Part shown: piece by piece, positions 1 through 9,816 of the stretch
How positions within the stretch are numbered: the first letter of the stretch is position 1
Layout: each line of letters starts with the position of its first letter
From: Candidatus Thorarchaeota archaeon
GTDB taxonomy: Archaea; Asgardarchaeota; Thorarchaeia; Thorarchaeales; Thorarchaeaceae
Assembly (NCBI GenBank): GCA_048882325.1
Contig: JBHLRS010000009.1
Location: forward strand, 1-64,000
DNA length: 64,000 bases
Direction: 5' to 3'
Translations under genes and position numbers: made by a program
The notes under the pieces: model-generated
What the model was told of the DNA's origin: nothing
The model's database searches: none
The model's input: only the letters and a program-made list of their open reading frames with translations

Positions 1-14
1 ACGTAACAATTGTT

Positions 15-238
15 AAGCCACTCAAGAGGCGCCAGATGACAACGTCTGGGCATTCTGTGTTGAGCGAGGTCATGAACTCAACCAACGTTGACCTAGCGAC
101 AAACACAACACAGAAGCAGGTTGACAAACGGATGGGCTGAGTGTCGGACTAGCAGTTCGATTATATAAGACATGACAAAGACAGCCCCTTCAGATGAGAG
201 AAATCGGACTATTGTCGTATCTGAGACTTGAGTGGCTT
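15..238 (+). ncRNA. candidate structured non-coding RNA (or IR-bounded MITE-like element), family unknown
   Basis: Nested helices 15-26/227-238 (12 bp perfect), 33-42/212-223, 44-48/205-209, 53-62/106-115 (10 bp perfect), 67-72/89-94, 134-139/182-187; G-U pairs fit the + strand. Confidence 0.5.
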
Positions 239-340
239 GCCTGCGTTTTGGACATAGTGACTTTTTGATTAAGACTTGCAATTCTTTTCGGAAGTCATTT
301 AGTGTGGATTGATTGGTAGTATTCCAAGGTGTAATTCATC

Positions 341-940
341 TTGATTGGTTCAGACAGACTACAACAACAGCTCTCGTTTCTCACAGAGATTGATGATCTC
401 AAGCAGGTCTTTAGACAGACTGTTCTCCTGAATGATCTCAGACAGGAGAATGATGCGGAACACTCTTGGCATTTAGCGATGATGGTTGTGCTTCTGTCAA
501 AATACTCGAATGACCACAGCATTGATGTCCTTCGAACTCTCAAGATGGTCTTAATTCATGACATTGTGGAGATTGACGCTGGAGATACATACTGTTATGG
601 AACTCACGACCGTGAAGAGAAAAGACTGAGAGAGAGTGATGCTGCTAACCGTATCTTTGGGATGCTGCCTGATGACCAAGCAAATGAGTTTAGACTCCTG
701 TGGGAAGAGTTTGAAGAGATGGAAACACCTGAGGCACGCTTTGCTGCATCAGTTGACAGATTGCAGCCACTACTTCTGAATTTCAATACAAGAGGACATG
801 CGTGGCGAAAACATGGAGTCACAAGGAGCCAGGTCATTGAACGTAATGAACCCATAGCAAAGGGTTCTGATGTGTTGTGGGAATTTGCTCAGCAGTTGAT
901 TGATGAGTCTGTCCAGAAAGGATACTTGTTGGATGGCTGA
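341..940 (+). CDS. HD-domain hydrolase, HDDC2/YfbR-like 5'-deoxynucleotidase family
   Basis: ENDAEHSWH, IHDIVEIDAGD, DRLQP motifs; TTG start. Confidence 0.85.
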   Translation: MIGSDRLQQQLSFLTEIDDLKQVFRQTVLLNDLRQENDAEHSWHLAMMVVLLSKYSNDHSIDVLRTLKMVLIHDIVEIDAGDTYCYGTHDREEKRLRESDAANRIFGMLPDDQANEFRLLWEEFEEMETPEARFAASVDRLQPLLLNFNTRGHAWRKHGVTRSQVIERNEPIAKGSDVLWEFAQQLIDESVQKGYLLDG

Positions 941-947
941 AATCAAG

Positions 948-1316
948 TTAGATGAGTTCTTCAGCATCTGGTTGCCACTCTGGGTAGACGATGCAGAGAA
1001 ACTCGAGGTCAGACTGGCCTGTATTCTCAATGTATTGCATTGCTTGGGGTGGAATGTAGATAGTGTCCCCAGGACCAACCTTCTCAGCTTCATTGTCTAT
1101 GTACATTATTCCGTTTCCATTGAGGATGTAGTACACCTCAGACGCAGTCTTGAACCGATGTGGAAGAGATGTCTTCTTTGGTGGAAGTGTGGCGTGAGCC
1201 AGGCTATAACCTAGATGAAGAGGTGTTTTGTCATGCCTGGGATTCAGCATCTCCCTGATTGTTGTGTTATCAAGTGCAATGATCTTCTTGAGGTCCTTCA
1301 GTTTTTTCACAATCAC
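948..1316 (-). CDS. cupin domain protein
   Basis: PHRFKTASEVYYILNGNG and GPGDTIYIPP cupin motifs. Confidence 0.85.
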   Translation of the reverse strand: MIVKKLKDLKKIIALDNTTIREMLNPRHDKTPLHLGYSLAHATLPPKKTSLPHRFKTASEVYYILNGNGIMYIDNEAEKVGPGDTIYIPPQAMQYIENTGQSDLEFLCIVYPEWQPDAEELI

Positions 1317-1327
1317 CTGAGGTCCTC

Positions 1328-2527
1328 CTAGAATTCAGGTGCCTTCTCATTGTACCACTTTGGTATCTTATCCATGGCGGGTTCGTAGCCACTAAGAACA
1401 TGGCGCCCAAGAATGAGTCGTTGGACCTCGCTGGTTCCCTCATAGATTTGATAGAGTTTAGCATCTCTAAAGAGCTTCTCAAGAGGATATTGGTCAATGT
1501 ACCCGTATCCTCCATGGATTTGAAGAGCTTCACTTGCTGTTTCCATGGCCACATCAGTTGCGAAGGCTTTGGCTACGCTTGCAGGAACTGTGGCATCACC
1601 AACATTGTCAGTGGTCCATGCGGCCTTCAGATACAAAGCTCTTGACGCCTCGATTTTCATGTACATCTCAGCCAGTTTGAACTGGATTACCTCAAACTCT
1701 CGTAGTTTCTGGTTGAAGACTTCTCGTTTGCTGACATAGTCCCTTGCGTACTCCATTGCAGCTCGAGCGAGTCCTGTAGCAAAGGCTGCAATTGAGGGTC
1801 GGGTCATGGCAAAGGTCTTCATTGCTATTCCAAAGCCCTTGCCTTCAGCGCCAAGAAGGTTCTCCTCGGGAACCTTTGCATCTCGAAACATCACAGAGGA
1901 TGTCGTCGAGGCTTTGTGCCCCATCTTTTCGACAGGACGACCTGTTTTGACACCAGCAGTGTCAGCATCCACAATGAAGCCACAGAGCGCTTTGTGGCGC
2001 TTGCTTGGGTCAAGACTGGCAAAGACTGTGAAATAGTCAGCATGGGGCGCGTTTGTGATCCAGAACTTCGATCCATTCAGAATGTAGTGATTTCCTTCTT
2101 TCTTCACTCGGGTCTGAATTCCGGCGACATCTGAACCCATTCCAGGTTCGGAGCAGGCAAAGCTCACAAACTTGAGGTCCTCTGTGAGGGGGCGTAGATA
2201 CTTCTCTTTCTGTTCGTCAGTCCCAGCTATCAGGATTGGTTCAGCACCTAGTGTGTTCACATAGATGCTGGTGGTCATTCCAGCACATCCTGCCGCCATT
2301 TCTTCAACGGTGATACATTGTTCAATGGACCCTAGACCAGGACCGCCATACTCTTTCGGGATAGAGAGGTTCATGAGTCCTTCCTCCCAACATTTCTGGA
2401 TTATCGGTCGTGGAAACTCTCCCGTTTTATCATAATAGTGCGCGTAAGGAAGCATATACTCCTGCGCAAACTTTCTTGCTCTGCTTTGAAGCTCTTTCTG
2501 ATCATCTGTTAGTCTGAAATCAACCAT
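1328..2527 (-). CDS. acyl-CoA dehydrogenase
   Basis: SEPGMGSD, LNGSKFWITNA, QIHGGYGY, YQIYEGTSEVQR. Confidence 0.95.
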   Translation of the reverse strand: MVDFRLTDDQKELQSRARKFAQEYMLPYAHYYDKTGEFPRPIIQKCWEEGLMNLSIPKEYGGPGLGSIEQCITVEEMAAGCAGMTTSIYVNTLGAEPILIAGTDEQKEKYLRPLTEDLKFVSFACSEPGMGSDVAGIQTRVKKEGNHYILNGSKFWITNAPHADYFTVFASLDPSKRHKALCGFIVDADTAGVKTGRPVEKMGHKASTTSSVMFRDAKVPEENLLGAEGKGFGIAMKTFAMTRPSIAAFATGLARAAMEYARDYVSKREVFNQKLREFEVIQFKLAEMYMKIEASRALYLKAAWTTDNVGDATVPASVAKAFATDVAMETASEALQIHGGYGYIDQYPLEKLFRDAKLYQIYEGTSEVQRLILGRHVLSGYEPAMDKIPKWYNEKAPEF

Positions 2528-2598
2528 AGCGCTCCCTCAAAGTAATGTTTCTGACCTTTTGTCAAGTAGTATAAGTCAGTTGCTAAAGGACAATGGCG

Positions 2599-4866
2599 CT
2601 ACTCTGAGGATGAAGTGATATGCTTCACCACTTCAGGTAGGTTCCATTTCAGCTCAAGCTCAAGTGCTCCAGTGTCAGGACCTGGACAACGCCGCACACA
2701 GGTGCGACAAGCAACACACAGCCAGAGGTCCACCTCAACAGAGCCAAAGCCTGGTGCTTCTTTCTCAAGAACGATGTCTTTTGCGGGTTTAACGGTGGCA
2801 AGATTCTGAACAGTTTTGTAGAACAATGAGCGGCTGGAAGGCAATTTTGAGATAATTTCATCTGAAATCTCGAAGAATTTGGGTATCTCGATCCTCTGTT
2901 TCAGCTCGATTGCATCCTCTGGACACGAAAGCTCGCACGACTTACAACCAAGACACTTTGATTGATCCCATTCAATGGTACCAAAACCAAGCAGAGGAGC
3001 ATAGCCCATCTGATTTCTGTATTCATCAAGTACGGAAGGTACATCAACATCAGCCAAGTCCTTTAGTGTGACCTTTGGTCTTGTACTGGGAATCTTCGCA
3101 CGTGTGCGGTATGCAAGTAGGACTGCTGACCTAATCTTCTCTTCGACCTCGGTCAACGTTGTTTCATCAATCACAATACCGTTGACATGGATCGATGCGA
3201 GTTTGTCACGAGCCTTGGAAAAGACTTCCAGTGAGTTGGCGAGATTGCCAATGTCAGGCGCCTTCAGGTCAGCCAGTATCCGTTGAAGCTCAGTCTTAGC
3301 CTCTGAGAGCTGGAGAGCAATGGAGCTTGTAGTCTGTATTGTGATCTCAACCTCAGATGGTGTTCGTGGTACATCATAGAGAACATATCCATGACTTTCT
3401 CCAGCTATTGTGAGGAGTTCGTCACGTTTCATTCTGAGCAAATGTCTGAGAATCCTATCCTGAGGGATGTTTGTTCTTTCAGCTAGGTTCTCTGCTGTTA
3501 GAGCTCCCAGCTCCCTTATCAGTATCAGAATAGTACCTCTCTCGAGCTCATTATCGAGATAGGTGTCCATCATTGTTTGGTATACTTCAGGGTCTAGTTT
3601 CTCTCCATAGGCATTGGTTCCAGAAACAAGGTTTGGGCCCTTTTCCAGTGTGATTTTCAGGCGAAAACGTGCAAAGGCCTCAAGTCCAGCAGAAACAAGG
3701 AGTTTGAGGTTCTCTGCGTCATCTGATGTCTGAGAAGTGAGAACAGCTTCAGTAGCACTATCAACAGCTTGTCGGAGTTTGTTCACTGATTCGGAGATTG
3801 CAGATTCATCATAGGTCCCCAATTTTTGAAAGCGCTCAAGAAGTGTCTGTAGCTTGCCAAGAGACTCATTAGTAGTGTCAACAAACTCATCTTCGAGTGA
3901 CTTGACCATCCCACGAACCTGTTGTACTATTCTCTTTAGAACAAGTGTTGAGTTGGGAGTTTCTGTGAGGACCTTCGAGAAGACTGGAGCATCGCCCTCC
4001 AAGCCAATCATCTCGACTTCGCCCCTCTGCATCATAGTTACAAGAGCATTCTGGATCAGTTGTGGTGATGTTTGCATGAGTTCTCCAATCTGAACCACTG
4101 TTTTTGAGCCCATTTTTCCGAGAATGAACATGATCACTCCGCGATTAGCTTCGATGAGCATGTTCTGCAGAACTAGACTGCGAAAACGAGCGTCGTCGAT
4201 TCGACCGTCACGTTTTCCTCGCTTTACCTGGGCTGTCGCTCTCAATCCCGGACCATATCGTGTTTTTGTCCCAAGTTGTTGGATTTCATCCAGTGCAGCC
4301 TCAGGTTCTGTTTCAGCCTTTATCGTGGCCCCGTTGAGGGTTTCTACCAAAGTCACAAGTTCTTCTTTAGCATCTTCTGCTTCTGATTCAGCAGATTTCT
4401 CAAATTCATCTGTGGTTGATTCTATTTCGGAGATTAAACTTGATATCGTTGAGAGCGTGGTGGTTATGTCTACTGCAAAGGCGGCCTCTGGAGCCTCCTC
4501 AATCTTTGTCATTTTATCAAGAGTGTCAGTGAGTAGGTCATTCATTCCCTTCAGCGACTCAGACTCACTCTTCGTAAGTGCCTCCCCGAGATTAGTGATA
4601 GCCTCCTGGAGGATTCCCTTGTCACTAACCTCGGTGACCATCTTACTCTTTTCTATAGCCTGAAGAAACTTCTCGTAATATGAGTCTGGAAATGCCAATA
4701 TGGAATCGGTAAGGGGTGCGAGCTCTTCTTTGAGACGCTCAATCTCTTCCTTTACCTTGCTGAGTGGAATCGCGGACTCTTCCTTGAGACCACCAAGAGC
4801 CAAAATCATATCCAGCATACGTTGTCTCTTGGGAGCAATGGCTTTCTCAGGTGTGGACTGACTCAT
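2599..4866 (-). CDS. uncharacterised Hdr-cluster protein: helical/coiled-coil, two winged-HTH-like modules, C-terminal 2x[4Fe-4S] ferredoxin
   Basis: CLGCKSCELSCP and CVACRTCVRRCP; wHTH-like segments; start overlaps the hdrA-mvhD stop. Confidence 0.7.
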   Translation of the reverse strand: MSQSTPEKAIAPKRQRMLDMILALGGLKEESAIPLSKVKEEIERLKEELAPLTDSILAFPDSYYEKFLQAIEKSKMVTEVSDKGILQEAITNLGEALTKSESESLKGMNDLLTDTLDKMTKIEEAPEAAFAVDITTTLSTISSLISEIESTTDEFEKSAESEAEDAKEELVTLVETLNGATIKAETEPEAALDEIQQLGTKTRYGPGLRATAQVKRGKRDGRIDDARFRSLVLQNMLIEANRGVIMFILGKMGSKTVVQIGELMQTSPQLIQNALVTMMQRGEVEMIGLEGDAPVFSKVLTETPNSTLVLKRIVQQVRGMVKSLEDEFVDTTNESLGKLQTLLERFQKLGTYDESAISESVNKLRQAVDSATEAVLTSQTSDDAENLKLLVSAGLEAFARFRLKITLEKGPNLVSGTNAYGEKLDPEVYQTMMDTYLDNELERGTILILIRELGALTAENLAERTNIPQDRILRHLLRMKRDELLTIAGESHGYVLYDVPRTPSEVEITIQTTSSIALQLSEAKTELQRILADLKAPDIGNLANSLEVFSKARDKLASIHVNGIVIDETTLTEVEEKIRSAVLLAYRTRAKIPSTRPKVTLKDLADVDVPSVLDEYRNQMGYAPLLGFGTIEWDQSKCLGCKSCELSCPEDAIELKQRIEIPKFFEISDEIISKLPSSRSLFYKTVQNLATVKPAKDIVLEKEAPGFGSVEVDLWLCVACRTCVRRCPGPDTGALELELKWNLPEVVKHITSSSE

Positions 4867-7028
4867 TTGGCCACCTCCATCCACTTTCCAGCAGTGCCTT
4901 CATGAACAGGGGTTGGTCCTAGTTTCTTTGCGCGTTTCACCATTTCATTCGCTGCATTGATGAATCGATCTGGTTCTGCACTGAACATTCTGAACATGTC
5001 AACACGTTCGCCTTTCCAGCCAATAGCATTCAATATGTCTTGAGCGACATCAACTTGCACCTGTGCTATCTCATTGCCAGTTCCTCCGATATGACAACGA
5101 TCCGTTTCACAAGCCGCAATCATGACAGTGCTAGCTCCTTGTTCCAAAGCCTTGAGGATGTCTATGATGCTTACGCGACCAGCACAGGGAACCGGTATGA
5201 GTCGTATGCTTGCAGGGTATTCCATCTTTCTTGTTCCAACAATATCGATAGTTGATACGGAACACTCCTCGCAGTAGAAACAGAGTGTGATTGGATATTC
5301 TGAGCCTGTACCTTCAAGTGTGGCTTCTATCTCTGACCATAGTTGATCATTTGATAGGAAATTGAGTTGTGTTGCACCAGAGGGACATAGACTCTGACAG
5401 ACTCCACATGAGTGACAGTTCATCGTATCAATCGTGGCCTTGAAGAGAATCTTTTGTTCTTCATCGTCCTCCTCTTCTGTCTGTTCAATCATCAAAGGAA
5501 CTCCACGGGGGCATTGTTGAGCGCAGAGACTGCATCCAACGCAGTCATCGACATTTAATACAGCTCCTCGTGAGATGGACTCAATCTTACCACCCTGTAG
5601 TTCGTTATGGATGACCAGCGCTCCAGCCTGAGCATCTGTCACGGCCTCAAACACAAATTGAGGACGTGTGACTCCACCTACTGCAACTATTCCACGTCTG
5701 CGAGTTTCATTCCGTCTCAGTTTCCCATAGAGCTCTTTTACATGGCCATTATCTTCAATGGCGTAACCAGCAGTTTCTGAGAGCTCGAAGGTCCCATCAG
5801 GGGGTAGAACAGCAGAAGAGAGAACAAGCAAATCTACTTCTGTTTCCAAATACTTGTCAAGTAGTGAGTCATAGACTCGTACATGGGTGGAACCATCTTG
5901 TTCCCAAGTCATGCTGACTCGACCCCGTATGTAGTCAACCCCTTTTTCACGTGACTCCTTGTATATCATCTCATTTTCGAAGGGGACTCTGATGTCCATG
6001 TAGACGATTCGGACATTGGCATCTGGTGCTCTCTCAAGAATTTCCAATGAGTTGTCAATTGCAAATGTGCAGCATAGTTTGCTGCAGTCCTTCTTGTAGT
6101 CTTCAGACCTACTACCAACACATTGTACCATGACTACTTCTTTCACAGGTTTTCCATCAGATGGCCGGACAAGTTCACCTTCAGTGAGCATGGATGAGAG
6201 TTCGAACTGTGTGATGACATCTGGATTCTTTCCGTAGTGATATTCATTCATGCCTATAGGTTTGAACTCCTTGAATCCAGTTGCTAAGACAATAGCAGAG
6301 GTTTTCATCGTCCTCTCTTCTTCATCACCCTCGACTGAATAGTGGATACTGAAATTCCCCATCTCTCCGGTGACATATCTGATCTGGGTCTTGGTCATTA
6401 TTGATATCTTATCATCAGTCTTGATTGCATTCAATCGACTAGAGAGTATCTCCTTTCCTGATTTGCCTGTGGGAGCGACTATTGGTAGACTCTTGACATG
6501 TCCTCCTAATTCATCAGTGATCTCTAGTAAGGAAACGTCGTAACCAAGATTGGAGAGGCTTAGTGCAGACTCTATCCCAGCAATCCCACCACCGATTACT
6601 GTGACGTGTGTTAAGACCTCCTTTTGCTCTTTCGACCGCTTAGTTGATTTTGCTGAACGCGCTAATGTGCCGCGAATCATATCCAGGGTCTTCTTACTTG
6701 CTTCATCAACATCATTGTGAACCCATGCTGAGTGTTCTCTGAGATTCACGTACTGGATTTGAGAACTGCTAATCCCTTTTGTTTCAAGATACTGGTCAAT
6801 TCGTGGTTGTATCTTCTGACTTGAGCAAGCAGCAATCACGAGATGTTCGTCACTAGATTTGAGAAGCTCAGCAATTTTTTCCAGACCTTCATCCTGACAG
6901 ACAAGATCGTGAACGGTCACTGAAGATGCCAAATCCATCTTCTGGACTTGAGTGGATAGGAAGTCGAACCCCAACTGAAGCTGTTTGCCGCATGTGCAGA
7001 TGAGTACTGCTGATTTGTTATCATCCAT
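4863..7028 (-). CDS. hdrA: heterodisulfide reductase subunit A-like fused to C-terminal MvhD
   Basis: N-terminal CTCG..AACS..NLREH, GGGIAG, QCVGSR..CSKLCC, two ferredoxin motifs, MvhD-type FYCEEC..VPCAGRV..ACETDRCH. Confidence 0.9.
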   Translation of the reverse strand: MDDNKSAVLICTCGKQLQLGFDFLSTQVQKMDLASSVTVHDLVCQDEGLEKIAELLKSSDEHLVIAACSSQKIQPRIDQYLETKGISSSQIQYVNLREHSAWVHNDVDEASKKTLDMIRGTLARSAKSTKRSKEQKEVLTHVTVIGGGIAGIESALSLSNLGYDVSLLEITDELGGHVKSLPIVAPTGKSGKEILSSRLNAIKTDDKISIMTKTQIRYVTGEMGNFSIHYSVEGDEEERTMKTSAIVLATGFKEFKPIGMNEYHYGKNPDVITQFELSSMLTEGELVRPSDGKPVKEVVMVQCVGSRSEDYKKDCSKLCCTFAIDNSLEILERAPDANVRIVYMDIRVPFENEMIYKESREKGVDYIRGRVSMTWEQDGSTHVRVYDSLLDKYLETEVDLLVLSSAVLPPDGTFELSETAGYAIEDNGHVKELYGKLRRNETRRRGIVAVGGVTRPQFVFEAVTDAQAGALVIHNELQGGKIESISRGAVLNVDDCVGCSLCAQQCPRGVPLMIEQTEEEDDEEQKILFKATIDTMNCHSCGVCQSLCPSGATQLNFLSNDQLWSEIEATLEGTGSEYPITLCFYCEECSVSTIDIVGTRKMEYPASIRLIPVPCAGRVSIIDILKALEQGASTVMIAACETDRCHIGGTGNEIAQVQVDVAQDILNAIGWKGERVDMFRMFSAEPDRFINAANEMVKRAKKLGPTPVHEGTAGKWMEVAK

Positions 7029-7037
7029 CTATCAGTT

Positions 7038-8288
7038 TCACTTCCTACTCTGGAGTATTTTAGACACTACTGCACGAGCTTGTGTCACACTCTCAGGAAC
7101 TTCCGCAGGCCCCAAAGCTGTACCACAAGCATAGACATGGTCGCCAACGACGACTTCATTCTCTGATACTGGATCTGCGATTCCAACAAATCCACTAGCA
7201 GAATTCATTCCAAGTGTTTCAATGAGTTTGTCAGTACCCTTGGGAGGCTCTAGGGCTGACGAGAGGACAAAGAGGTCAACTGAGTACTTGAGATATTTGT
7301 TCAAAAGCGAGTCATAGACAGTTATGTCTAATGCTCCATCTTTTTGGGGCTCAATCAGAGATACTCTGCCTCGGATAAACTCCACTCCTGAATCTCGAGA
7401 CTCACGATAATACCGTTCGTACCTATCATACGTGCGGATATCCATGTATACTACACTGACTTTGACATCATCCCGTTCTTGAACCAGAATGTTGGCATGT
7501 TTGAGAGCGAAGATGCAACAAATCTTGGAGCAATAAGGATAGTAGTTTTCGTCCCTGCTCCCTACACACTGAACCATCATCACTCGTTTAGCAGGTTTTC
7601 CATCAGAGGGCTTTACAAGAACTCCTCTCGACTCTCCATTCGGGTCAATTATCTTTGCTAGTTCAAGCTGAGTTATGATGTTAGGGTGCGTTCCGTAGTA
7701 ATACTCATTCACGTTGATTGGTTGCAGCTCATGATAACCTGTTGCAATGATGATGTCTGAAATCTGGACTGTTTCTTCACTGGGTTGAGCCTTCAAATTG
7801 ATCGCTTTTGTAGGGCACTCTTGTTCAGCCTGTTTAGCACCATCATCTGCTTTTGTTGGATCGTAAACCACGGCCTGAGGTTGACATTGGGGTGACAGTA
7901 AGCGAAACGCCTGTGACTTTTCAAGACAGAGTCCACACATCGTACACTTCTTTGGGTGGACATATGCAGGGCCTACTTTGATCTTTGCCATGAACTGACC
8001 AGGGGTTCCTGAGATGTCTTCTATTTCACTGTTCATCTTCAGAGTTATATTCGGTTGGTCGATCAGTGCGCTTCTGTAGAAGCACTTTCGAATTCCAGGA
8101 CGCCAGCGGTTTCCTTCAAAACAATAGAAGCAATCATCTGTAGGGAATGCCTTGTAGAGATTCAGAGCGTTACCACCAACAGTTTTTTGGCGCTCAACAA
8201 GGATCGACTCAATCCCTGAGTCCGCCAGTTCCACGGCAGCAGTCATGCCTGCTACCCCTGCTCCGATGATGAGGACCGGATTAGACAC
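7038..8288 (-). CDS. hdrA: heterodisulfide reductase subunit A-like (short; lacks N-terminal domain)
   Basis: GAGVAG, FPTDDCFYC, QCVGSRD..YCSKICC; GTG start after GAGGTG. Confidence 0.85.
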   Translation of the reverse strand: MSNPVLIIGAGVAGMTAAVELADSGIESILVERQKTVGGNALNLYKAFPTDDCFYCFEGNRWRPGIRKCFYRSALIDQPNITLKMNSEIEDISGTPGQFMAKIKVGPAYVHPKKCTMCGLCLEKSQAFRLLSPQCQPQAVVYDPTKADDGAKQAEQECPTKAINLKAQPSEETVQISDIIIATGYHELQPINVNEYYYGTHPNIITQLELAKIIDPNGESRGVLVKPSDGKPAKRVMMVQCVGSRDENYYPYCSKICCIFALKHANILVQERDDVKVSVVYMDIRTYDRYERYYRESRDSGVEFIRGRVSLIEPQKDGALDITVYDSLLNKYLKYSVDLFVLSSALEPPKGTDKLIETLGMNSASGFVGIADPVSENEVVVGDHVYACGTALGPAEVPESVTQARAVVSKILQSRK

Positions 8289-8299
8289 TCTTACACACC

Positions 8300-9175
8300 T
8301 CATCCAGTCACGTGGTCGAGAATGGGGTCTGCTGGGACCCTGTTCATACTTAGTCCTACCTCTTCTTCACCCATTCCCAGAGCCAGACCGAGGATTTGAG
8401 GATAGAAGATTACTGGCAAGTTGTATTCTTCACCATATGATTCCTTCAGACCGAGTTGCTGAAGATCAAGCTGGTTGCCACATGCAGGACAGACTACTGT
8501 AATGAAGACCGCACCGAATTCTTTCATTGATTTGAGTTTGTCTCGAGCTAACCGAATTCCTAGATTCTCATCAACAGGGAGAACTGTGGCACCACAACAT
8601 TGTTTCCAGAGAGGATAGTCCACTACTGAGGCGCCAGTGGCTTGGACTAACTCATTCAGATACTCGGGCTTGAATTCAGTCACATCCACTGGTCGAAGGA
8701 GATGGCATCCATAGTGAATCGCGATTCCTACCCCATCTAGTGGTTTTGTGACCCTAGCCTTGATCTCTTCGACACCAATATCGTTGTACAGAGCTTCGAC
8801 AAAATGGCGAGGAGTTGCTGTACCCTTGAATTCAAGACTCTCCTTCTTTAAGGTGGCATTGACCTTCTTCCTGTAGCCTTCATCATGTTTGAGAAAGTGG
8901 TATGCGTCTTTTAGTGACGCAAAACAACCATTGCATGGAGTAACTATGTCGTGACCGTTCTTCTCCGCAATCGCTAAGGTTCTTGCATTGACAGTGAGCC
9001 AGCCCATGTAGTCTATGGAACGAAGATTGGGACTTCCACAGCATGCAACTCCCTCCATGTACTCTAACTGCATGTCAAAAGCTTCAGCGACCTTTTGCAT
9101 GGCAGTTTCGTAATTTGGATAGTTTGCAGGCACACTGCACCCCATGTATAGATTATATACTGGCACCTTACTCAT
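8300..9175 (-). CDS. hdrB: heterodisulfide reductase subunit B
   Basis: Two CCG domains (ACCG..TPCNGC; HYGCH..QCCG..VCPAC). Confidence 0.93.
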   Translation of the reverse strand: MSKVPVYNLYMGCSVPANYPNYETAMQKVAEAFDMQLEYMEGVACCGSPNLRSIDYMGWLTVNARTLAIAEKNGHDIVTPCNGCFASLKDAYHFLKHDEGYRKKVNATLKKESLEFKGTATPRHFVEALYNDIGVEEIKARVTKPLDGVGIAIHYGCHLLRPVDVTEFKPEYLNELVQATGASVVDYPLWKQCCGATVLPVDENLGIRLARDKLKSMKEFGAVFITVVCPACGNQLDLQQLGLKESYGEEYNLPVIFYPQILGLALGMGEEEVGLSMNRVPADPILDHVTG

Positions 9176-9710
9176 CACCATCCACTATTTTACTCGTTCG
9201 AGTTTCTTTCAGGATGTTCTTCATACCATCAACTGATAGACCAGGTACCTCTGGTTCAAGACCCATGTCTTCACGCTCCCAGTCAGCTGTGACCGTATAG
9301 AGCTGACCCTTGTCAAGGAGTTCTTTGGCCAAGCCAACAATGTTTGCTGGAATCTTGCCCTCTTCAGCAGCTAGGTTCTTGCAATCAAAGAAGATATCAG
9401 TGACTCGAACTTTTTGAGGACATCGTTCTTGACACTGAAAACAGGTCAGACAGAGCCATATTTCGTTAGAGGAGAGGACCTCATCACGCATTCCAAGAAG
9501 TATCATCCGAATCAACTGATGTGGTTTATACTCCCAGATGTTAGCAATGGGACATGCTGCTGTGCATGTCGAGCAGGCAAAGCAAGCAGATAGTTCCTCT
9601 GCGTTTGGCATGCTATGAATCTCTTCTCGAAACTTCGGATCTAGCTTTGACATGTCAATAGGGTCAATCAGTGTGGTTGGAGGGCCACCTGAGTCTTCCG
9701 TTTCAGCCAT
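9168..9710 (-). CDS. hdrC: heterodisulfide reductase subunit C
   Basis: CFACSTCTAACP and IWLCLTCFQCQERCP. Confidence 0.93.
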   Translation of the reverse strand: MAETEDSGGPPTTLIDPIDMSKLDPKFREEIHSMPNAEELSACFACSTCTAACPIANIWEYKPHQLIRMILLGMRDEVLSSNEIWLCLTCFQCQERCPQKVRVTDIFFDCKNLAAEEGKIPANIVGLAKELLDKGQLYTVTADWEREDMGLEPEVPGLSVDGMKNILKETRTSKIVDGDE

Positions 9711-9816
9711 GGATACTCACCACTAATGTTCAGGCTAATTCGCCAGTTGGAAGAGCAAATTGGTTGCCTATATTAAAAGTTTGCAGGAATGACGAATATT
9801 TGTTGTGCTGTGAAAT

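Noticed and set aside
15-238. SRP RNA, RNase P RNA or group II intron identity for the structured region
   Set aside because: No SRP helix-8 CAGG-GGAA-AGCA motif, no GAGGAAAGTCC, and no domain V sequence on either strand
4863-9710. Selenocysteine (UGA) recoding in HdrA/MvhD
   Set aside because: ORFs are uninterrupted and the relevant positions are Cys
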